A DNA stretch of 38,568 nt from Klebsormidium nitens. Taxonomy: Eukaryota > Plantae > Klebsormidiophyceae. The first letter of the stretch is position 1, and each line of letters begins with the position of its first letter. The DNA lies in assembly GCA_000708835.1 (NCBI GenBank), contig DF237690.1:1-38568 (forward strand), read 5' to 3'. This document shows, piece after piece, positions 12,601 to 24,000 of the stretch. A model generated the notes under the pieces. The model made no database searches. It saw only the letters and a program-made list of their open reading frames with translations, and had not been told where the DNA came from. The position numbers were made by a program, and so were the translations under genes.

Positions 12601-13696
12601 TCGTCCACCTTCACCTACATGGACCAGTGAGTGCCGCTTTTTCCCTCCAGCAAGGGAGGGGGCACCGTGGGGACGTCTGATACTGCCTTTCTAAGATTGA
12701 CATGCATGTTGCCAGAGGTTTTCACAGCGTTGTTAGTCAAGCCTTTCGATGGGGCAGTTTGATATTTTTTGAACTCGGGGGGTTGCCTGTGCTTCAGGAT
12801 TGTTAGTCATTACACTCCCTGTTGGTTCGAGTAGTAATGTCCGCTGTTTTTGCAAGGGCTGCTCTAGTTTTTGCGGATATGTCCTTTGTCAGCGATCGTT
12901 TTTGGGCCTCGCCGTGCGCGGTGATGGAGGTGGACTTGGAAGGACGGTCAAGGCTTCACTGACCTTGATTTGACTCACTGAGACTTCTTCCGGTCGCCCT
13001 TTTCTAGGGTCCATGCGGGAGCCTAAGTTGAGTAGCGTCAATCTGGACTTCCAAATAAGTTGTTCAGTTAGTCGGTGAATCAAACGCTCTTCGGGAACGA
13101 TCAGGACGTTTCTGGTCGAACAGATATATCTTGAGAGTACGGATCAACGCCAGTATGGGCAGATTGTTGTCTGTCGGTTTTCGTCTTAGACTGCTTCGCC
13201 GGTTGGATAGGTCTTTAAGGTCGCACTATCACAAGACAAGTAGTCAACAAGAACTCAGGGCACTCGTTGTTCGTAAAAAGTTTTGACTAGTCGGTGGCCA
13301 ATGGAAAGGAAGGGACCCCTTCTTTTAACTGCCCTGCCTGACTTGGCGTCCGGCTGTTGTTCTCGCTGTCAAAGAATGAAGGGCTTTAGTGAAGTTCAGG
13401 CGCAGTGTCTGTACCTTCTGAGAAGATGCGAGCCCAGTGCTTAGTCACTGCTCCTTGTTTCAGTTCCCAAACAAGGTTCGTGCGTTTGCCAACGACTGCA
13501 CCCACATTGTTTTGCGCACTTGTTGTGGATTAGATGTTGACACGTTGCTCCCCGTATGTGCAGTCTATTTGGAACGGATGTCGGGTACCGGAAGCTAAAG
13601 AAGGCCCAAGCCGAGGCTGCCACTAAAATCGTTGTCAAGGACAATGAAGCCAGCACCGATTCGGATGACGCCGTGGAGGTGGTCAAGAGCAACTAA
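9608..13696 (+). CDS. SMO2: Sterol 4-alpha-methyl oxidase 2 (methylsterol monooxygenase, fatty acid hydroxylase superfamily), 5 exons, ~288 aa
   Basis: Exons: 9608-9781, 10740-10885, 11338-11457, 12333-12626, 13564-13696. GT-AG introns, phases consistent, 867 nt. Three His boxes (HRLLH, HSVHH, HDYHH) plus plant SMO2-like segments EDFIFYWGHR, YATPFGLTSEYAHPLE, ETVEAHCGYEFPWSPS, LFGTDVGYRKLK. Confidence 0.93.
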
Positions 13697-15553
13697 GCCA
13701 TGCTCCGAAACTCGGCTACGTTTGTGTTGTGTTGACGGATTGTTGGATGGCGGAGGGCCCTGGGAAGTTTCGCTCTTCAGCAGTGGAGCGGCCTAATAAT
13801 CCGTAGAAATCGGGTGCAGGACAAGGATAAGCTGTTTGGGGGGTCACCGTGTGCTTTTTGATGGGGGCTGCACGCCGTAGTCTCTGATGGATGTGGGCTC
13901 TTTGTAAACGATTGGTCTTCCAACAGGAGAGCTCGTTGGCAAGAGCGGGGCCAGACAGAGCTCAAATGCACGTGAACTTGTTCACATTCTGATTCTGATT
14001 GATTCTGAACTTTGATCAGTAGATTAGTTTCTCTCAGCCCTCCTACCTTTGCGCATGTAGTAAAAGTGCAGCGGGTAGGAGGAGCACGATTAGATAGACG
14101 CTTAGGTGTAGTATCGAGATGACAAACTCAGTAGCGAATAAAGACTCGTGAATTGTGGATGAGTCGTAGGGATTGCAAAATCTGAGGGCCAAAGCCCTCA
14201 AGTCTTTCGCATCGATCAAGCTCCGCTCTTGCCAATACTTGGCTTGTTGGCTTTGGAGTCCGAAAAGTTTGATCTGCAACAAGGACGGTCATAGTTAGGC
14301 ATTGCAAGTCGCATGTTTCTTGGTAGACGTTACCGTCTAGCTAGCTCAGCTGCAGCTGCAGCTGCACAACGGTAAGATATGTTGTGCACGTTGTTCACTG
14401 CCTGTGCCATGTAAATGCTCGAAACTGCAGGCTTGGAAACGATTGTACTGATGCATGTACGTCTACAGAATGGAGGTTCATGTGCTCAAGGCTCGAGAAA
14501 CAGACGCGTGCTCTTTTGGCAATTTCCATTCAAAACTTATCATGCGACTGCATGTGCACATTGCAATGCTCATGGCTTGATTCATGCTAACAAACCGCCG
14601 CGGGCAAATTCACCGTCGTCCATATGATTGAGGGCCTGCAACCGTATATCATTGAAGGAGTGATCGAATGCATACGTGGCGATTGAAGACTATATAGTTC
14701 CATCTTAACACGTGTGTACTGCATATGGCACGCGCGGCGCCGGGTTGACAATTTGCTGTCCCTTTAAAGTGGGCGTCGGGGTATAAGACCGAATTTCCGG
14801 GACCAATTTTGACATCTGGCTTTGGGACTTCTTGCAAGTTGACCGGATTGGCAAGCGCGCTCGCCTTGAGATCCTTGGTTCCGGGCGGTTCTGGGTTCGA
14901 TTCGACAACTTTTGACATTTTTGCTCGCTTTTGCCTCTTCCTTTTTGCGGCCTTCCGCAGCTGACGTACGGTGACGTAGACCCCTAGGGACCGCGGTACA
15001 CTTCGGTACCAGACCTCCGGACAGCATCCGGTCCCTGTCTGAAGGCCTGACTTCGGTGGGTACCGCATCCTGGCTGGTTCTTAACAGGTCCGTACCCTCT
15101 CTGCTGAAATGACTTCTCTGCCGTTCGATGTCATCTGCAATCTCACCATCGCGCGCGATTTGACCGTCCGACCGGGGTGGACACGCGTGTCCTACGCCCA
15201 CTTTAACATGCATCATTAGTGTGACATATGTAAGACACAACTCTCGAGTGAACGCGTCGACGATTGCAAACGGCTGCCGCCTTTTCGAGGGACAGCTGGC
15301 CCATGACGTCTTTTGCTTACAACTAATACGTACAGAAAAGCTCTTTGAATATACGTCAACTGGATGCAAGAAACAATCTCACATGCAAGCTCATGCGGAG
15401 AACGCAAGTGTTGCCCAGGACAGGGTGAACAGAATCAAAATAGAAAGGGGCTTACTTGCGTCAAATCCTTAAGAGACTACCTACAAGAAATTGAAGATCG
15501 GAGTAAGGCCGCATGTCGAGCAATCCTACAGAAAACCAATGAGTCTGATGTTG

Positions 15554-15898
15554 TCAAGACGCTTTCAAGTCTTCCTTAAACGGCAGATCCTGCGGGGGCT
15601 TGCAGTTCGACGCACTGTACACTTTTTTCTTCGCAACTGGTGGTACGACCTTCTCGATTTCCGACCACAAGTACGTGCAGACCCAGTAGAGCACCCCGAT
15701 CGCTATAAAGGTCCAGGCAGAGAACGAGACCAATACGACGAGGGCGATGCAAAGGGTGAGTCTTGCTCCATGATCATACTGATCGGACGCAGGTGGAAGT
15801 GCCTCCGGAAAGATGAAGCCCGGCGCTTGGAAACAGCTGTCCGCAAAACCCAGGTAGACCTGAAAAAGGTCTCCGACCGTGCAGAGATATAGGGTCAC
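15554..15898 (-). CDS. Hypothetical membrane protein fragment (possibly a terminal exon of the 16255 gene)
   Basis: 114-aa ORF with a long hydrophobic run (LTLCIALVVLVSFSAWTFIAIGVLYWVCTYLW) and a basic tail. Candidate acceptor ttttcag|GTC near 15862. No recognisable family. Confidence 0.25.
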   Translation of the reverse strand: MTLYLCTVGDLFQVYLGFADSCFQAPGFIFPEALPPASDQYDHGARLTLCIALVVLVSFSAWTFIAIGVLYWVCTYLWSEIEKVVPPVAKKKVYSASNCKPPQDLPFKEDLKAS

Positions 15899-15928
15899 GT
15901 TATGCCGGGCTGGAAGCGAAGACGTCGT

Positions 15929-16255
15929 TCAGAGGGGCCGGGTCTGGAAGAGAAACCATGACGGAGAACTTTTGCCCGAATCTGATGAAGTACACAAGCA
16001 AGCCCCGTAAAAGGCAAGGAATGAGGCCCCCAACCATGCGACATTCTGGTCTGGTTTGTTGGAATCACGGGTAAAAACGGATGGCACCTCCGCCAATGCC
16101 GTCCCACTTTCTCCGAAAATCTTCTGTAAGGACTCGCCTAGCACGCAGTAGCCGATCAACCAGAGCACAAGCAGCGCCGCCAGTACCACAAGGGATCTGC
16201 AAACCTTTCTTTCGTCGATTCTCGTTTCTTCCGCTGCGTTTTGGTCCCTGGCCAT
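15929..16255 (-). CDS. Hypothetical small membrane protein (two hydrophobic segments)
   Basis: ATG-initiated 108-aa ORF with SLVVLAALLVLWLIGYCVLG and VAWLGASFLAFYGACLC. A candidate acceptor (cacag| at 16281) lies 25 nt before the ATG, with a candidate leader donor (GAG|gtaatc at 17086) and a GC-rich promoter-like island at ~17210-17290. No homolog recognised. Confidence 0.3.
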   Translation of the reverse strand: MARDQNAAEETRIDERKVCRSLVVLAALLVLWLIGYCVLGESLQKIFGESGTALAEVPSVFTRDSNKPDQNVAWLGASFLAFYGACLCTSSDSGKSSPSWFLFQTRPL

Positions 16256-18075
16256 GCGCGGTGCGTATTCACACCCCCCGCTGTGCTAGATGACGTAGTA
16301 GTCGAAAGGTGACGTTTGGTACAGGCTCCCGTTTGCACTTTTGCAGCTGGAGAGGGGGGTGCGACGGAAGCAAGGGGTTCAGCAAACTCATATCTTCTGC
16401 GAGGAACGCGTTCAGGTGTTTGGGATCAGGCAGGTTTTGTTGTCCCGTCCACTTGCACAGTCACCCCCTGAATGCTCCTGTTCCTTTCCAGCACGCTCGG
16501 GGTTCTCGGCCGCCAAGAAGGCCTTCAGTGACGTTTGTTCAGGCTGTTTGTGCCCCCAACATCCTCAACTATCTGAAAGGTTATGGTAGCCGCTTCCAGG
16601 TTTGGAACAAAAGCAGCGCCGGCAATGATCGCCCATACCACCAAGGCGGGTGATGTGCTCCGAATCGCCATGCCGGTACTCCGACAGTCCCAAGCAGGCG
16701 AAGTTGAGAAGTTGGAGATGTGTACAAGTAGCTTCAGCCGACACCTCCGCAAGAACTAGAACGGCGTACTTAGGAACGTCGTATCAGTGGCGCACGAGCT
16801 CCGACTCCGCCGCCGCGAGGGGGACCACTGCACTAGTGTTTGCTAGGCCCGGAAGAGGGGCCCGAAGCGTGCGGCGGAGATGCCAGAGCCGCCCAGCAGT
16901 GTTCGAAGAAGGGACGTTCCAGCTCTGATGCGCGTGGGCGCTGAGGAAGGCACTCAGTCAAAGCCCTGCTGCGACTCCCAGAGAAAATAAGCCTAAATGC
17001 TATAAACGCCCGCTAAACGGGGGGCGACTTCAATTACACAAGTATACTTAGGAAAGAAACAAGGTGGAACGGTAAGGTAGATTACCTCGTTTCTTGAGGT
17101 GCCTTGATTCCCAGTAGTACAGGTAGTAGGACCGGCAAACAGCAGACTGGCATACTGAGCAGACGCTTACATGAGAGACTGAGAGACTTGACCCGCGTGA
17201 TGGCGTGATCGGACAGCCGGCCGCCACGCGTGGCCGCCAGTGTGGGCCGCGGCCGCCGGCCGCGCGCCCGAGTGGCCGCCCGCTGCATGATCAAAACCTT
17301 GCCAAACCCTGCCAGTGAAAGCAATGGCTGCCTAGCTAGTATAACGGGATCGATCGAGCGCTCAGCTTAGCTTCATCATCTGTTCATCATATGAAAATTG
17401 GCGGGAGTGCCTTTGACATCCAATGTTGGTATCTCACATCTGGCATGCTCACCACCATCATGTCGTCCTGACAGCCAATTAGTTTGCGGATGGTACAAAA
17501 CATATATTCGACGGCGGCAGTACAACACACACTGATTAAGTCCACTGGATTGAATATATTAAACCGCTCATGCATGACATATCGGGCTTCAAAAGTTTCA
17601 GAGAAACAAGACGGTCACAATACTTGACACAAGAAAACTGACATGCGAGGCGCAATTTTGGTAACATGCAGCGATGGTAATTGCTTAAGCAGTGAAAATT
17701 GGACCGAATCCAGGTACAGCTTCTGCATGAAGTCTGCACACTGGCAGGCTGGCTGCGCAGCTTAAGGACACATCTGCTTGATTGCCCGCAATTCAAATCG
17801 GAATATGGGCGTCGATCTTTGCGTAAAGATTTCGAGGTTTACAATACTCTCTAAATCCGTGTAACTCAGTGGAAGCTAATAAAGCGGTGCTTTGCGCCTC
17901 GGAAGGTCCGACTTGCTTGACTCCGGCTGCTCAGTACGAACAGTATCAATCCAGTGTGTTAGCTGCACTTTTATATGTAGAAAGAAAGGAAGTCAGAGCA
18001 GCTTCAGTCCCTGATATGCTGCTCTATCTGTGTCCTAGCAGGGACATGAAACGCAGTATGCAACTAAACAGATCA

Positions 18076-21000
18076 TTACATTTGCCACCACTTCTTCCCT
18101 GCCATCTTCTTTTCTAACTCGGCCGCCATGGAAGCAAAGTTTGCTGCGCCGTCTTGCATTTCGGCCGTTTTTCTGTCAAGCCCCTGCAATGAGATGTCAG
18201 TGACACAATAAGTTCAATTATTCCTGTAGACAAAAGACGGTAATGCCTCTCTTGGCTAGACCAAGAGACACTACTGTGCAACCGAAATGACAGGTAAGCC
18301 AGACTTGTCATCTTCGGAAAGAAGCACATTCACTATAAGAGAACGACTCGCAGGAGCCAGCAAGTATGGGTGGTGGTCATACTGTTGACCGCCCTAAACG
18401 GCAGTCGCAAAACCAGTCTTGACGCTGCTTGCGTTGGTCCCTGCTTTGTGTCCCCAAACCCTTGGGCCGAAAAGCAACGGGAGCTTCCTTGCCCCTACGT
18501 CAACTCGGGCAGGCTGTATTTGTGAATGACAACATTTAAATCCTTGCGGCTGCTGCGAAATGAGTGGAGAGGTGAAACCAGTAAGGGCGTAGTCTCACCT
18601 GCAGCTTCTCTTGCCGCTCCAGCAGTTTGTCTCTCGCCTGTGCTGCCGACGCCTGCACCAAAAGAGGAATGTTTTAGACCCTAGAAATTAGAATCTTCTG
18701 TGTGGAATCAAACCAAGTCAATTCAAATTGGGGGTAAAAGGACGGTCCGCATGGTGACGTTGACGATCGAGCGTCTCCCTTGTGTAGGCACTTCACAACT
18801 TCTGTGTCAATGACGTCGCCGGAAGGTTTGAAACATAGCCCGCATTAAGGAGTAATCTTAATGCCGGACACGAAAAGTAAAACGAATGTCGTGTTGTCCA
18901 ACTATGAACCGATAGATTTTTCGCACTTCAGAACACAAAGACATCCGTCCACCTGCCACCTGCCAAAGAAACCGCTGACTCTTTCGGCACAGGATCAGGC
19001 AGTCCTCACGGCCAAACCGCCGTCACGTTTGTGCTCTCTAAAGTGCAATGAGATGTCACAGCATCCAACGAACTTGACGATCCTCGCCCCAGTCTTTTCA
19101 CTCGTCGACTCAACGATGGTTAGAACTACGGATGAAAGTGCACAACTTCGTACGCGGCTCCTAGAAGTCTTGAGCAAAGGCCTCACATGCGCCGCGCCAG
19201 TCTTTCCATACGCCGCCCGGATCTCGGCCGCCGAGCGCTGCTTGGGGCCGCTTTCTGCGGCCCCCTCGAAAAGGCGCGCCCGATCGTCCTTTTCCCGGGC
19301 AGCGGGCTCCGCTTCTTGCTTGCTTTCGGTGCTCTTGCGGCGGATGCTGGCGAAGCCGCTGCTGACGCGCGCCGTGACCTTGCTCCGTAAGGAGGTGGTT
19401 GTACTGCGGGTTTAAGACTCGTGTTTTGAGTCCTCAAACTTGAATGAAAAGGCCTCCAAGTAACGAAAAAGACAAGCTATAGAAAGGATAAAAGACAGTC
19501 GGGCGAACCCGCTGCTGACGCGCGCCGTGACCTTGCTCCGTAAGGAGGTGGAGGTACTGCGGGTTTGAAAATTCAGAACGTTAGACTTTCGACTTCTTGA
19601 CAAGCTTTGGTAACTTATTGAGAACAGGTGGGCGAACCCGCTGCTGAGACGCGCCGTGACCTTGCTCCGTAAGGAGGTGGATGTACTGCGGGTTGAGGAT
19701 TCGGCGACTTTCAAATTTTTGAGTGTTTGGGACGACGAGATTCGAAATCATCGAAGCGGTCGGACGAAACCGCTGCTGACGCACGCAACGACCTCGCTCC
19801 CTTAGAAGGTAGATGTACTGCTTGGAATTATCAATTTTTGGGTTGGTTGCAGGAAGACAAGCTTCGGAAAAAGCTTGGAAAGCGGTTGGGCGAACCCGCT
19901 GCTGAGCAGCGTCGTGACTTTGCCCTTACGAAGAGGATGCACTGCGAGTGTCAGGTGTCCACATTTCAAGGTGTTGACGGGATGGAAAGCCAGGTGGGGA
20001 GAACTGATAAAAGACAGTTCGGCGAACTCGCTGCTGATGTGCGTCGTAACCTTGCTCCGTAACGGGGTCGATGTACTGCGGGTTTGGGGTTGAAAGTGTC
20101 AGGCTTTCGAGTAGTCTGGAGGACAAGCGTCGAAAGAATTTAGAACCGCTGCTGACGCGCGTCGTAAACCTTGGTCAGGGACGTGAAAGTGCTGTGGGTT
20201 CTGGGCTTGGAGAAAGAGCGTAACTTTTATAGGATCAGAGAAGAGAAGCTTTGGAAAGAGAAGCAGTTGGGCGAACCCGCTGCATGCGTGCGCGGTACCC
20301 ATGCTTGGCAATCAGCAGGATGTGCCGCCGTTTGACCTTGACCGGGAGCTGAGTTGAAGTACTTGAAAGGGAATGCAGAGTGTAAAGCGCACGTACCAAT
20401 CTTTCAGTCAGGACCAAGCAAGACAGCAAGGACAGATATCTATGGGGATTCGCTCCATAGGACTTCTTCGAGAGGCATGCGGCGGGCCTTTGTCGTTGTT
20501 TTGACGAGTATGTGAAGCGTCCTCGATAAGAACAGCCGCATTCCTCCCTCCTTGTATCATTCAAAAAGAGAGAAATAGAGCACCATGCACTTTATAGACA
20601 AAAGTATAGCGACAACGAGCAAAGCCGAGATGCGTTCATGTTAAACTGAGCGAGAACGAACCTCGTTGAAGGCGAGTCCAGATCAATGTCGTCGATGTCC
20701 AGGCTCTTGGAGGAATCGGACGGTCGCAGTTCGTCAGTTTGGGGCAGCCGCCGGGCGGCGGGGACGAACGGCCGAGAGGAGAACAAGGACGGCAACTCGT
20801 CTGCATTGAGAGGAACCAATCAATTCAAGCTTTTCATATCTTGATTCTGAGAATAGTAGGGTGTTCGACATAAGATTTTGGAACGTCGCCCAGACAAGGA
20901 TTGACGGGTAAGTATTTATTTCTACAAATCGCCCCTTTTCGAAAGCAACAGCCTTAGGTCTTGGATTGAGGAAGTTATAATGCAGGAATTGAGGGACTCT

Positions 21001-24000
21001 TCAAGTGCGGCGTATGTATAACAAAATCAGCATAGGTTGTAACTTTCAAAGGGACATCAGCTCAACCCTTCTGCGACAAGCAAACAGCAGATCAAAAGAC
21101 CACACGCAGCAGCACGATTTGCAACCCACGAGCCACTTCTCCTTCAATCTGCAACGCTTACCCGCTCCGTGGGACGCCAGCACCGTCCCTGAGTGTTTCC
21201 CTTGCAAGAAGCCCATCGGTGCGCCTCCGCCGCCACCTCCGGCGACCACGTTCTCCGCGAGATTCTTCACTTCGTTCAGGCCTTTCTCAGCAGCAACCCG
21301 GATGTTGTCCCCCGCCGCCTTCATCGTTGTGAAGAAGTTCTGTTGGAGCAGAAACGACAGAGACCGTTTAGGGGGGTCGAGAAGGTGGGAAGTGAAGTGG
21401 TACTTCCTTGCGAAGGAAGAAAACGTTCGAGGAATAAGATTGAGCATGGTTTGCGAGGTTGCAAGAAAGCAAGGGAAGTACAAAAAACCGGGCTAGCGGA
21501 CCGGCCAGAAGAGAAAGCTTGATGAAAACAAAACGTATGCTTTGCAGAAACAAATCTAAACTTTGGACGTGAAGACTGCCGGATCTGCCGGGTTCATGCA
21601 CGCTCTCTTTCTGCCAAGGAAATGCAACCTCTTTCAGAACCAATATACCCATCATCGCCCGTGCCTGTTTCAGTGGATGGCGAGCATTACCTTCTTCTTC
21701 TTGTCCTCTGGAGCAGCGGCCGGCTTCGCCTCCTGCGCAACCGGGGGTACTGCCACGCCCCGGCTCGCGATCGCCGCAGCATCGGCAGCGGCAGCAAGCA
21801 CGTGGTCGTGGAGGTGGGGGAGGGAACCGGGCAGTCTGCATGAGAAACGTTTGTGCAATGGTTCGTGCATAGATTTGAGCAATCTGAAAGGTGTAAGTGT
21901 CGCGTTCAGAAAACCTGGCATGGCGAGAAGTGAGTAAAGCCACCACTTTCCACCTAGCAATCCAATTGAATGTGCATGAGGAGCAACATAAACAGTCTGA
22001 AGGAAGATTACATCTGACTTCCTATCGCAAAGTTGTCTCCCAAGGAAACGTGCATTATGCAATATGCATTAGACTTCAAATCTTGAAACATCATAACATA
22101 GTCGTCACTCCTTTCCTTCCAGCTAGGTAAAACGGATGTCATGTCTCGTATGGCTGGGCGGTGTGCTTCGCCTGTGATTCAGGCATTTCCGCCAGAGGCT
22201 GTCCAAGAATTTTCGAACATGTGTATGTCCCATTGAAAAACAACCATTCTGGCTTATGCCACTTCCAAATGGTCGCCAGCTGCAAGTTTGAAGTGCACTT
22301 CATTCTGGAAGGCGTGTGGTCAACTCTTGAAACCCGTTTTCCAAATCTGAAGCGTTCCCCTTCGATCGAAGGCCACCCAAGAAGCCAGACCCTCTTATCA
22401 ACGCTGCGCTAAGGTACAAGAAAGTCTCGAGCCGCCTTACCCCAGCGCGTTCTCCTTCTTGTACAGCGACAGCTGGAGCGTTTCGGACACTGCGTCCGGT
22501 AAGAAGAGTCGGCCGTCCGGCGCCACGGACGCTGCCTTCAACCTGCGAACGGGGGCGTCGAGCGGCCACCCAACGGCGCCGGCGAGGGGCCCTTCTGAGA
22601 GCACAGACAGATCCGGCAAGGACCTGCGAGCAAAAGATGGAAGGGTGAAAATATGGGTAAGATTTACAGTGGGATCGCGCTTGAGGGACAACGACGCCCT
22701 CGGATAGAAATGGGGGATGACAAGACAGGCTCTGAAAGCTCCTGAACTCCACAGACTGTCCACACCCTTAAGACGAGCACCAAAAAGCATTGGGTATGTA
22801 CGTCCCAATAGCTCACCACCACTAGGACGTCGCAGGTACAGACTTCGTTCGGCCCCCTACTCACCGTATCTGAATCTCCCCCTGCTTCGAGAGGAGCACC
22901 ACCGTGGGCCCCATCTTCTCTTCCTCGGACCCCACCGCGCCCGCCCACGCACAGTCGCCACCCCCAACCTGCGTAAAGATTCCAGTCAGCATTTCGTTTT
23001 CACTAGCAGAGTCTTTCTTTAAATCCACCCATCCTCGTCTGCATTCAATACATCAGTGCGAGCACACAGGTCCCTGCTATTCCTGCTAGCCGCATCTGCG
23101 AAAGACACGAGTCCATGCATGCTTTTCGTCGAGCTTCTTGCGTTATACTTCGGCACTTGTAGCTTAGAAGAAGAAGGCCCAACTGCTACTGTAGTGCTCA
23201 ACATGAAGAGCGGTCTGCTGTGTGCCCCCACCTTCTCCTTCTTGAGCGCCGTCCGGTCACCCGCATGGATCGCCGCCGCAGTGTACAGTCTCAGACAGTC
23301 CTCCGCGACCAACAACACGAAAAGTGCCTCAAACTCCCCAAATTCCCGCCGGAGGCCCCGTCTCGGGCTCCCGTCCCGCGCTTTCGGGCTGGATTTTCCA
23401 CCGTCCTTGGGACTGGCGGGGCCTTCGTCCGAGTAGAAGGCTTTGAGACGGTCCATTGCGCTCCCGCCGCTCTTTTGGGGGGTCAGTTTTGGCAGCGGCG
23501 GAGGGGGGAGTCTGGGGGAGATGGGGCCGTCGAAGGCCCATGGGAGGGAGAGGGGACCGAGAAGGCGGGGGAGGGGGCGGCCTTGGGAATCTGCAGAAGG
23601 AAGGAGGGATTGGAGGACAAAATATGTGTGAGCCCATTCAAACAGTTCTTATCTCGACTTGATGTCGTCGAGGCACGGCCGTGCAGGACACCGGATGACT
23701 TCAGCCGTCGAGAGACGCCCAAGAAGGTCTCCAGTGAGGGCAAGCGGACTTTGCAAAGGCGGAGTAACAGACAACAGGCTTATGCTCACGTATTTCGCTC
23801 TTTCAGACCCGTAACCAACGGGACTGCGATTCCGCACAGGCACTCTAACCGAGTTTACTTGAAGCTGAAAAGGGAGTCAGATTGGGGAAACCGAACAGAC
23901 CAATCTGCGTCCCAGATCCTCTTACCAAGCAGGATCAACTCCACTGCTTTGGACGCATTCTTTGTCTGCACCGGCCCCGCCCCAACCGGCGACCCCGTGC

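Noticed and set aside
14347-14366. (CAGCTG)3 microsatellite / E-box cluster
   Set aside because: Too short to be informative and not linked to any feature.
14755-14767. Possible DNA-transposon end (TTAA followed by AGGGACAGC on the minus strand, reminiscent of Kolobok-type termini as I recall them)
   Set aside because: I found no matching second terminal repeat and no transposase ORF, and the adjacent ORF 14649-15068 has no recognisable motif.
16525-16752. Secreted peptide (MAIRSTSPALVVWAIIAGAAFV...)
   Set aside because: The hydrophobic stretch is signal-peptide-like, but all frames close immediately afterwards. It lies within the putative intron of the 16255 gene.
19349-20335. CRISPR array
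   Set aside because: The repeat-spacer look is superficial. The repeat is ~65 bp and copies a spliceosomal exon junction, the spacers are related to each other, the locus is a eukaryotic intron, and there are no cas genes.
21046-22062. Separate LEA-like or Ala/Gly-rich gene (ORFs 21046-21483 and 21670-22062)
   Set aside because: The coding parts are tomosyn exons 17 and 18, which splice in frame with their neighbours.
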